The translations under genes and the position numbers were made by a program. The notes below the pieces were generated by a model, which did not search any database, had not been told where the DNA came from, and worked only from the letters and a program-made list of their open reading frames with translations. A DNA stretch of 21,266 bases from Octopus sinensis. Lineage: Eukaryota. Positions 10,400 to 20,980 of the stretch are shown in pieces (position 1 is the first letter of the stretch; each line of letters begins with the position of its first letter). The stretch lies in NCBI RefSeq assembly GCF_006345805.1, contig NW_021823750.1, forward strand, positions 1 through 21,266. The letters run 5' to 3'.

Positions 10400-12536
10400 A
10401 TGGCCACTGGCCACCACGAGGCTGAGTTGCAAGTGAAGCGTGACGCAGAAACAGAAAAACAGGATGCTCTGTTAGCATACGCCGAACCTGACAACTCCAC
10501 CACCACCAACAGCAACAAATACAAACCAAAGGTCGCAAGGCCAAGCACCGTCAACACCATCAGTGAGTCCACCACCACCACCAACACCATGGCAGAATCT
10601 GCTACTAAAACTGCTATCCCTACTAAAGATATCGCCACCAATAACAACATCACCATCACCGCCACCAAAGACCGTGCCGTCAATGCTACTAATACTACCA
10701 ACACCACCGCCGTCACCAAGAACGACAATAACAACAACAACAACGACGACAACAACAATTCCCTTCAACCACTGCTCACTCCATCACCAACAAGTGAAAA
10801 AATAACGACGACAAGCAAACGAAATGTCGAATTTTGCCCTAGTGCAGGACTAAAGTACGCAGGCAATTTTCCACCCCTTCCTACTAGCACGATCGAACCA
10901 AACACCAATTTTACAAACTGCAGCCAACAACAACATCACCACAAGCAACAACAATAACAAAACAACAACAAATTTCGCTGAGGCGATTAAAGAAAAAAAA
11001 CAACAATATACTTTACGGCTCAACAAATACAGGACACGAACATCAAAATAACAGAATCAGAAGGTATAGTAAAAATAAACATACCAGAAGATATTTGGAA
11101 AATGAAAAAAGACGAACAATCATTTATAAAATAGTTAACAAAAAACAAAAATCCCAGAGAAGGCCAACACAAGCAAAATAGAGAAGTGCTTGAAACCCAT
11201 CTGGGATCACAAAGAATATGTAACCTGGTGGAACAAATTTGCCCACATACAAGTTGTTTTCACACCGAAGAGTTAGCTAGACATTTCTCAACGCTAACTC
11301 TTCACTCAGATGAACTCCAACTTACACCAAGCTATCGGGGACAGAAAGTGACTAAGATCACTCTAAACAATGTCCCCAAATAGCCAATAGTCTATGGCTT
11401 GTAAAGGCCTTATGCGTAAAAATGGCGATTATACTATTTTGGAAACCACAGTCACAGAGCATAAAAACTGGGTGGGACAAAAAATAGAATTTCTTCTACA
11501 TATACATCATGAGGATATAAAAAAAATACCCCCCAGATATGTGTATCAGACGACCACAAGTTATATGTGGTCGTCGATGGCAGAAGACCACGTTGCTACA
11601 TATGCGGCAGTGAGCAACACCTCAAAAAAGACTGCAAATCTGCCGCAAGAAAACAACAGCAACAACAACAGCAGCCGGAAACAAAAACAAATAAACAAGG
11701 TTTACTACCCACACCACTTTTTGCAGGAACAAACCTCACCAAACAAACAACCACACCAACTGCAGCACCAAGAACAGAAGCAGCATCACCAACAACAACA
11801 ACCAAGAATATACCAACTCCCAAACCAAGGACATCTGCCAAAAAGACACCCAGCAAAAATGAAGAAACAATTACAACTCCAAATCCCCACAAAATGAGAC
11901 CCTAAACAACACAACAATACCCACAATCACTCAAACACAAAATACCCAAACCCCACATCCAAAACCGCATACACCACAACCAAACGCTCACCAACCAACA
12001 CCAACAACAAAACCAACACAGTCGACAATAGACCCCAATTCTTTCCCTCTTCCAGACTCCGATTCGTCTGATCTGTCATTAGACGAAGAAGACACGGAAG
12101 ATTGGCAAATAGCCACAGGGGGGAGAAGAAAAAGGGGAAAAAAAGAAAAGAAAAAATAACAAACAAAGCGGGAAGATACACCACTCCCGAAACAAAAACA
12201 TCCACAGAAAACACACACATCAACACAAACACACCATCATCAAACCCCCCAAAAATGTTGACAGCCATAAACACAAACAACCACGACCTAATGGAACACA
12301 TTAGGTCAAACACTAACATTACTGAAAACGACATAAAAACAAGTAACCACCCACATACAACACCACCACAACACATTAAAATAATACACGTGACACAGAA
12401 CACATACAGCACCCTGAAATCTCTTTACCCTGATGCAGTAGGGAGATTTCAAAAGTACTCATCGAAAAAACTGTATAAAAGCCTCATAGAAGAAGACCGT
12501 GAGGTGAAAGACAAAGAACTTTCAAAAAACAAGTAA
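10400..12536 (+). pseudogene. LINE copy 2 ORF1 (low-complexity N-terminus, RRM-like region, CCHC knuckle), frameshifted as given
   Basis: caaaATGG start at 10400 (MATGHHEAEL...). KVTKITLNNVP at ~11345-11380. CYICGSEQHLKKDC (CX2CX4HX4C) at 11594-11635. C-terminus KKLYKSLIEE...KNK*. Confidence 0.88.
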
Positions 12537-12577
12537 CCTTTTCTCTCTCCTTTTCCTCTTAGCACTTTTATCGGAAC

Positions 12578-15500
12578 ATGCTCAGAATAGGTAGTATAAA
12601 TGTACGTGGCTTGGGGTCGCCTTGGAAACAAGGCTACCTGTTAAATGACATCAAGTCACTAAATCTGAATATCATAGCCATCAGTGAGACCAGACTCCAC
12701 AGCTTGCGGGCACTCCAGCACATTTTCGGTACACATTTCAACATTTATTTTCTCCGTGTCTACCGAGAATGGGCGGAGGGGCACCGCGGTGCTTATCCGG
12801 AAGAGTCTGGATCTCAAAGTAAGAGCAAATTTCCTAGACCCGGAGGGTAGGCTGGTCGTTTTGGATGTCGATGGCAGCAATGAGTGTGCTTTTCGACTGA
12901 TAGCAGTTTATGCTCCGTCCTTAACAGGCCGACCAGATTTCTTTCGACGTCTAGAGTCTTTCATGGGAACGTCTCGTCCTTTACTTTTAGTGGGGGATTG
13001 GAATGCCACCCTGGACACGCATCTAGACTACGTGGGCAGAGATAGCAATAGAAGGGGATGCAAATGCCTCAAAGACCTGCTCAGACGTTTCCAACTGTCT
13101 GACAGGTACCGACTGGACCACCCGAATGTGCCAATGTGGACATGGAGTAACCGCATCGGGTCGTCCAGATCATACTTAGACAGAGTATTCTGTAGGACAA
13201 TAGATAAAAATAGTGTAGGTTGTCCACAATTTCATATAGTCAGTTACACAGATCACAAGTTTGTGACTTGTACACTTGACTTAGATAAGACACATAGGCA
13301 GGGTCCTGGTTACTGGAAACTGAACGCGTCTTTTACAGCACGACAGGTTTACAGGGACCGGATCAGCACATTAGTTAAGAGAGCTTTGACGGGTACCATC
13401 ATCAACAACAGATGGTGGTATGCCCTAAAAAAAGCGATTAAAGCAGAATCAGTCAGATACAGTAGAGCCTTAGCATTAGACCGAAATAGAATAGAGGGAG
13501 AATTAGTTAAGGTTTTAGAAGAGGCACTTAGAACTGGCATCGCGTCCAACGTACTGGCGGCGAGATTGGCCCTCGACCAACACCTCAACGCCAAACACGA
13601 GGGATGCGTTGTCAGAGCTAGGATGCGTGCTCTGAGGAACGAAGGAGTTGGAGCCGCCCAAGAGGCCGAGTGGTGGAGACGCAACGAGGCAACAGAGCCA
13701 CCATCAAGTCTCTTATAGATGAACAGGGGCGCGAATTGCTCGAGCCTAAAAGGATGTGTGGGGTTTTTCAACAACACTTCACCCAACTGTTTGGGACAAG
13801 TGGTGAGTCAGAAAGCAGAGTGGACTTTAGTGCCTACCTGCATGCCTTGCCACGACTCTCAGCAAGGGAGGTGGAGTCTTGTGAAAAGCCTATCACAGCT
13901 GCGGATGTACAGATGCGATGGTAGGCTGCGCGAGAGACAAGTCACCAGGCTTGGATGGTCTGCCCTACGAATTTTATTTCATATGCCAGACTTGTTTGGA
14001 GGCGTCTTGGCAGCTGTCTACTGCAACTGGCAGCAGAACGGGAGTATTCCTGCTTTTGTAAAGCGAGGAGCAGTGGCACTGATCAAGAAAGACCCAAACA
14101 AGGGGGACGTCATAGATAATTTCAGGCCCATCACTCTGCTCAACGCAGATTTGAAAATTTTGGCCAAGGTGTTAGCCGAGAGGTTGGCGCTTGTCATCAA
14201 GAAACTAATCGACAAGGCGCAAACATGCGCCGTGCCGGGTAGAAGTATTCATGACAACCTCCATCTGATGCGCTACATCATAGACAGGGTAGTTAAAAAT
14301 CCTGGCATGGGTGGGGCGCTGATCAATTTGGATCAATCAAAAGCCTTCGATAGGGTAGACCATCACTACTTGGAGGCTGTCCTCAAAGCGGCTGGTTTCG
14401 GTCCAGTTTTCCGCGGTTGGATCGCTGCCTTATACAGCGGCATCCGCTCAGTAGTTCGCGTAAATGGTCATCTATCCAGACCTTTTAACATCATGCGTTC
14501 GGTTCGTCAGGGATGCCCCCTCTCATCGCTGCTGTATGTACTGACTCTTGAGCCACTACTGCGGAAACTGGCGACGCTGAGGGGCATCCCACGAGAGCTG
14601 GGATGCGGGGGAGGAGCGTGTCTGCATACGCGGATGACGTCACCGTCATAGTGTCGAGCTACGAGCACATCGAGCTGGTCGGCGAGACACTGAAAGAATA
14701 CGAAGCGGTAACGGGAGCAAAAATTAACCGGGAAAAGTCAGTGGGCTTGCGGCTCGGCACCTGGAGAAGCAAGCCCATGCCGTCCAACAGCGTCTCCATC
14801 GTGGGACGCTGGACGGACGGACCGGTTAAATTGCTCGGGGTCTGGTTCGGTCCGGACCTCCAAATGGAGAAGAACTGGGGCGAGATAACGACTAGGGTGG
14901 CTACTCTCACCCAGAAATGGACTGAGAGAAAGCTATCCCTAAAAGGTCGGGCGGAGGTGGCGAACGCGTACATCGCATCCGTCATCGAGTATCGTCTGAC
15001 CGTCGTGCCTTGTCCCGACCCTACCATCACCAAACTGGAACGCATACTCTTCCGCTTCTTGTGGAAGGGAAACGTTCCGATGGTTAGGCGATCCATTTGC
15101 TGCCAACACCCGCTAAATGGAGGGCTGGGCATGCCGTGGTTGATGATGCGCAGACATGCGCTGAGACTGCGACATCTCCGGCGCTTCATAGACAACGGTG
15201 AACAGGGGTGGTCGCCTTTTGTGCGGCGCGCTTTCCCGCAGCTCGTCTCCTTGGACGAACTACAGTCATGGATCAAGCAGAGACCGAGGCTAGGCGAATG
15301 GCACCGCGAGTGTCGCGTTGCTCTCAAGCAACTCTGCCGTCCGGGATCGAACTTGTGCGACTCCATCACAACAAAGGCATTCTATAGAGGATTAGTGGAG
15401 GGGAGGTGCGACGACGAACTCGGGCAGAGTCTGGGCGTCGACGAGGAACACCTGACCCGCCTGTTCAGGACAACTTTCGGGCGGGACCTATGAACAATCA

Positions 15501-16011
15501 CCAAAGATCCCTGGCCTGGCAGTGCTATCGAGAAGCATTACCTGTTCGGGATAAGCTCTACAGACACGGTTCCAGACACACTGGACCGACTTGCCCGAGA
15601 TGCGGTCAGAGCGACGAAACCGTTCTGCACGCACTCGTGCAATGTCCAACCATTTCCGACCTGTGGGCTTATGCCGAACGGCTGCTGTCACGTGTGGGAC
15701 GAATCCGCCTATCGGCCGAGTCTATCGTGAGAATTGCTCCGCCCCCTTCCCTCAACCGGGAAGGCAAGGCAGTTTTCATCGTACTGGTGGCCATGGTGAA
15801 AGAATGTGTGTGGTGGACTCGAGCGAAAGGATTAGAGACAAACACTTACCTCTCTGGCCAATCGCTCATCAACTTTTTCAAGTACCACTTGAAAAGGAAG
15901 GTGAGAATGGAGAGGGAAGTTTTGTCTCGCGAAAGATTCAAAAAAAGATGGGTGAATGTTGCAAAGATGGTGCGTGCTAGTAACGAAACCATTTTGAGCA
16001 TGATCCTGTAG
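12578..16011 (+). pseudogene. LINE copy 2 ORF2: APE endonuclease, reverse transcriptase, C-terminal CX2CX8HX4C finger; seven 1-nt frameshifts as given
   Basis: APE motifs GSINVRGL, ISETRL, AVYAP, LVGDWN, SYLDR, TDH. RT motifs KSPGLDGLPYEFY, FRPITLLNADLKILAK, LDQSKAFDRVDH, RQGCPLS, YADD (14627-14638), INREKS. Finger CPRCGQSDETVLHALVQC at 15592-15645. Confidence 0.96.
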
Positions 16012-16312
16012 ATCGTAAAAAAGAAAGAAGAGAGCATTTTTGACCTCATGTGTTTATTTCCTCCCTGACTGGGGTCCCGTGGTCTTTTCTGTAGGCTTTT
16101 CTTCCCACGGATGAACCCAATCTTGTTATATCAATGTTTACACCATTATTTCTGTGATACACGATTTTCCTTTTTTTTCCTTTTTTTTCCTCCTCTCGAT
16201 CCTTTTGATCGCAATCTTACATTTTTTATTTTTTTCCACCCTCGAAAAGAAAAGCTCTGCATTTGTATTTGTCCCCTCTGTATTCAGCCCTGTGTGGCTA
16301 ATAAAAGAAAGT

Positions 16313-16810
<498 letters not shown>

Positions 16811-17003
16811 CCTGTGTATGTGCCTACATATGATGGTCTAATTTTAATTGGCAGAAAAGTAACATATATACATATGTGTGTGTGTGTGTGTGTATGTGCG
16901 TCTGCGTGCGCGTATGTCTATGTATGCATGTGCATATATAAATATCTGCATATGTGTATAATAAACAAAAACCGAAACAGTCTATATTCAAATGAGAGTC
17001 ATC

Positions 17004-17828
17004 AAAGAGACAAGATTAAAATCTATCTTTAGAAAGTGAAGCTGTCAAAAGAATTTGCTTCAGATATACAGACGTAGATAATTCTATTGCAGGAAGTAAG
17101 TCATACTTCGGGGATCTCATTGTGGATTACCAAACTTCAATGTTTTGTGAGAAGGCATCATTAAATAAAGTTTCAATTCTTCACACAAAACTGTTCGTTG
17201 AGTTCCATTGACTAAGAGACCTAACATTCAATAGTCTCTCGATATATTCAACTCTCTCTTTACTCTTTTACTCTTTTACTTGTTTCAGTCATTTGACTGC
17301 GGCCATGCTGCAGCACCGCCTTTAATTGAGCATATCGATCCCGGGACTTATTCTTTTGTAAGTCCAGTACTTATTCTATCGGTCTCTTTTGCCGAACCGC
17401 TAAGTGACGGGGACGTAAACACACCAGCATCGGTTGTCAAGCAATGCTAGGGGGACAAACACAGACACACAAACACACACACATACACACGCATATATAT
17501 ATATACATATATACGACAGGCTTCTTTCAGTTTCCGTCTACCAAATCCACTCACAAGGCATTGGTAGGCCCGGGGCTATAGCAGAAGACACTTGCCCAAG
17601 GTGCCACGCAGTGGGACTGAACCCGGAACAATGTGGTTGGTTAGCAAGCTACTTACCACACAGCCACTCCTGCGCCTGTTTATAAGTTTATTACAATCGT
17701 ATCTGGACGTGCAATAATTTGGAATCACATATTCTAACATCGTAATTATGTACGAATCTTTGGAGGCCGTTAGCGCAGATTTATTTCAATTGTTAAAATA
17801 TTAACTTCAAAGTGCTATCTGCTTTCCA
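17004..17828 (+). repeat. Left arm of an old inverted duplication (17004-17254 and 17678-17828), interrupted by a SINE
   Basis: Reverse-complement match to 19780-20603, including 22/22 (17017-17038 vs 20569-20590), 16/17 (17700-17716 vs 20310-20326) and 19/20 (17809-17828 vs 19780-19799). Confidence 0.88.
17255..17677 (-). mobile_element. tRNA-derived SINE family A, full length, with internal microsatellite and (AGTAAAAG)n-type tail
   Basis: Minus strand head aggcgcaggagtggctgtgtggtaag...gggttcagtccc (A/B boxes), then ccttgggcaagtgtctt (resembles the start of the CORE domain). Highly similar to 19163-19554. Confidence 0.92.
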
Positions 17829-17833
17829 ATGTA

Positions 17834-18396
17834 TTGGGTTGTCCGGAAAGTTCGTGCTGATTTATAGTAACTTACCTTTCGATTTATTTTAGAACATAGT
17901 TGAGTCCATAAAATAGGATTTGACTACACCTCCATTTAGAGCACAGTTTAAGCTATCTTTTCGTGGAAGAAGGCTTATGTTCCTATAACCTGTGTTAATT
18001 CTGTAACCCTTTAAAAAGGAAGATAAGAAAGTTCATTTTCGCTACTTGATGCTTTGGGAACCAGACGAAAATTGCTGCAGCTTGGCTGGGATGTTTTACC
18101 CCACCCTCCATATTCACCAGATATTGCTCCTTCGGATTCCCACTTATTCAGGTCTCTGCAGAATAGTCTTAATGGTAAAAATTAAAATTCCTTGGACGAC
18201 GTAAAAAGATACCTTGGATTCTTTGCCATGAAACCACCTCAATTCTGGGAAGAGGGTATTTTTAAGTTAAAGGAAAGATGGCGACGCATTGTGCAACAAA
18301 ATGGTTCATATTTGGTTGATTAAAAATGTAATGGCAAGTATTTATTGATCTTTTACTTTCCTTTAAAAATCGGCACGAACTTTCCGGACAACCCAA
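17834..18396 (+). mobile_element. Internally deleted (non-autonomous) mariner DNA transposon
   Basis: 30-bp TIRs ttgggttgtccggaaagttcgtg(c/t)gattt with one mismatch. TA target duplication at 17832-33 and 18397-98. Carries a transposase remnant. Confidence 0.96.
18016..18323 (+). pseudogene. Mariner transposase remnant: first ~15 codons fused to the last ~87 codons
   Basis: (M>K)EDKKVHFRYLMLWE at 18016-18060, then TRRKLLQLGWDVLPHPPYSPDIAPSDSHLFRSLQNSLNGK...KERWRRIVQQNGSYLVD*. YSPDIAPSD at 18111-18137 is the mariner YSPDLAPxD motif. Confidence 0.92.
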
Positions 18397-18678
18397 TATT
18401 TGGCCTCTTCTTTTAACACTGGAAAGTGTTAATTATCTTAATTCTTTAAGGCAGTGGGCTTGCAGAATCGTGAGCAAGCCGAACAAAATGCTTAACAAAA
18501 TCTCTATCGGCTTTACGGCCTGAATTTTGATTCTGTCGAGGTTTGCTTTACATTTCATATTTTCGGGGACAAAAAAAATAGTACCTATCAAATACTGGAT
18601 TTGATATAATCGCTTAGACTCCTCCCACAAAATTCAGATCTTGCGCCTATTGTAGAAAAGATTGTTTTCATTATTCAA

Positions 18679-19032
18679 AGCGGGTGCTGGCAGAAACGTT
18701 AGCATGCCGGGCGAAATACTTAGCGGCATTTCGTCTGCCGCTACGTTCTGATTTCAAATTTCGCCGAGGTCGACGTTGCCTTTCATCCTTTCGGGGTCAA
18801 TTAAATAAGTAGCAGTTACGCACTGGGGTCGATATAATCGACTTGATCCATTAGTCTGTCCTTGTTTGTCCTCTCTATGTTTAGCCCCTTGTGGGCAATA
18901 AAGAAATAAGAATCGTTAGCACACCGGGCGAAATGCTTAGCGGTATTTCGTCTGCCGTTACGTTCTGAGTTCAAATTCCGCCGAGGTCGACTTTACCTTT
19001 CATCTTTTCGGGGTGGATAAATTGAGTACCAG
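18679..19032 (+). mobile_element. Head-to-tail dimer of tRNA-like SINE family C (unit 1 18679-18906; truncated unit 2 ~18909-19032) with a Deu/Nin-like central motif
   Basis: The two units align (gttagc..ccgggcgaaat.cttagcgg.atttcgtctgccg.tacgttctga.ttcaaatt.cgccgaggtcgac). B-box-like gagttcaaattcc. Central gcctttcatcctttcggggtc..taaat.agtac resembles the Deu/Nin-type conserved SINE domain (from memory). Tail matches the LINE 3' end. Confidence 0.88.
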
Positions 19033-19089
19033 AGATAATAGAATATGTACACTCATGTATCAAGTTCTATTTATCTTGTTTGTACAAGC

Positions 19090-19148
19090 AAATGAATGAA
19101 TGAATGAATGAATGAATGAATGAATGAATCAATCAATCTATCTATCTA
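19090..19148. repeat. (GAAT)n grading into (CAAT)/(CTAT)
   Basis: Directly visible tandem run. Confidence 0.9.
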
Positions 19149-19162
19149 TGCATTTTTTTTAG

Positions 19163-19554
19163 TTGTTTCAGTCATTTGACTGTGGCCATGCTGGAGCACC
19201 GCCTATAGTCGAGCAAATCGACCCCGGGACTTATTCTTTGTAAGCCCAGTACTTATTTTATCGGTCTCTTTTTGCCGAACTGCTAAGTTACGGGGACGTT
19301 AACACACCAGCATCGGTTGTCAAGCGATGTTGGGGGGATTAACACAGACACACAAATACGCACATACATATATACATATATACATATATACGACGGGCTT
19401 CTTTTAGTTTCCGTCTACCAAATCCACTCACAAGGCTTTGGTCGGCTCGAGGCTATAGTAGAAGACACTTGCCCAAGGTGCCACGCAGTGGGACTGAATC
19501 CGGAACCATGTGGTTGGTAAGCAAGCTACTTACCACACAGCCACTCCTACGCCT
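19163..19554 (-). mobile_element. tRNA-derived SINE family A, full length
   Basis: Colinear and highly similar to 17281-17677. A/B-box head at the right end, internal (TA/CA) microsatellite. Confidence 0.92.
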
Positions 19555-19779
19555 ATTTATAATATATTTTACAAACACATAACACATACAGTACCACATG
19601 CGTGGTGTTATCCGATTTCCGTTCGGTAGCAAACACACGTGCTACCTTTTCGTCTGCTGTTGTGTGAATCCATTACAACAATTGCGAAATAGCTTCAGCA
19701 ATTCTGTAATGGCCTACTTGTGGTGGCATTCTACTGTTTTAAAAATAGCACTTGACGAAGAGGAGTGACCAACCATACC

Positions 19780-20603
19780 TGGAAAGCATATAGCACTTTA
19801 GGTTGCCATTCCAATCATTGAAATATATATTGCTACAAATGGTCTCCTTAAATCATGGCTTGCAGCTAACGTCGTTGTTAGAGGAAATGTGGAGGCGCAA
19901 TGGCCCAGTGGTTAGGGCAGCGGACTCGCGGTCATAGGATCGTGGTTTCGATTCCCAGACCGGGCGTTGTGAGTGTTTATTGAGCGAAAACACCTAAAAA
20001 AGCTCCACGAGGCTCCGGCAAGGGAAGGTGGTGATCCCTGCTGTACTCTTTCACCACAACTTTCTCTCACTCTTACTTCGTGTTTCTGTTGTACCTGTAT
20101 TTCAAAGGGCCGGCCTTGTCACTCTCTGTGTCACGCTGAATATCCCCGAGAACTGCGTTAAGGGTAAACGTGTCTGTGGAGTGCTCAGCCACTTACACGT
20201 TAATTTCACGAGCAGGCTGTTCCGTTGATTTGATCGGATCAACCGGAACCCTCGTCGTCGTAACCGACGGAGTGCTTCCAACATGTTAGAGGAAGATTTG
20301 ACTGCAGGCTATTGCATGTCCAGATAGAATCGCAATTAACTTTACACCTGGGTGTATGCAGACTATTGCACCTTACGTCTTTTTTGTCAATGGAACTCGA
20401 CGAACAGTTTTATGTAAAGAATTGAAACTATCTTCAATTATTCCTTCTCACAAAACACAGAAGTTTGGTAATCCATTATGAGATCCCCAAAGAATGGTTT
20501 TCTTCTTGAAATAGAATTATCTATGTCTGTATATTTGAAGTAAACTCATTGAAATTCTTTTGCAATGCCACTTTCTAAAGATAGATTTTATGTTTTCTCT
20601 TTT
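19780..20603 (-). repeat. Right arm of the old inverted duplication (19780-19886 and 20295-20603), interrupted by a SINE
   Basis: Reverse complement aligns with 17004-17254 and 17678-17828 across both SINE insertion points. Confidence 0.88.
19889..20283 (+). mobile_element. tRNA-derived SINE (family B head) with a different 3' half from 6766-7072
   Basis: A box TGGCCCAGTGG (19901-19911), B box GTTTCGATTCC (19945-19955). 11-bp TSD TGTTAGAGGAA at 19876-19886 and 20284-20294. Confidence 0.93.
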
Positions 20604-20661
20604 CTATCTGTTTCTTGAAAGCTTTCACCTTACGATTTTATTTGCTATTTGCTTCTTTTTG

Positions 20662-20980
<319 letters not shown>

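Larger units (their letters stand above)
10187..16311 (+). mobile_element. Apparently full-length Tx1-like LINE, copy 2 (~6.1 kb)
   Basis: About 210-nt 5' UTR, ORF1 10400-12536, 41-nt spacer, ORF2 12578-16011, ~300-nt 3' UTR ending AATAAAAGAAAG. RT signature LDQSKAFDRVDH plus EN-RT-CCHC layout fits the Tx1 branch. The 5' boundary is inferred from the microsatellite junction. Confidence 0.95.

Noticed and set aside
10237-12412. Antisense hydrophobic ORFs opposite ORF1 (also 1099-1677)
   Set aside because: They are a by-product of the A/C-rich sense strand, which yields few stops and V/L/F-rich text on the minus strand. No motif is present.
17020-17212. ~62-codon open frame (NLSLESEAVKRICFRYTD...KLFVEFH) in the left inverted arm as a host exon
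   Set aside because: The other arm has stops in the same frame. Differences are spread about evenly over codon positions (roughly 7/6/8). I recognise no protein family and no splice support.
17678-17686. TTTATAA next to the heads of two family A SINEs (also 19555-19562) as a target-site preference
   Set aside because: Only two AT-rich examples and no TSD could be identified for either copy.
19625-19646. 7-bp hairpin GGTAGCA...TGCTACC
   Set aside because: Short enough to occur by chance and has no supporting context.
19889-19965. tRNA-like heads here and at ~7000-7072, ~17600-17677 and ~19480-19554 as tRNA genes
   Set aside because: A/B boxes are present but there is no complete acceptor stem, and each continues into a SINE body, two of them with TSDs.
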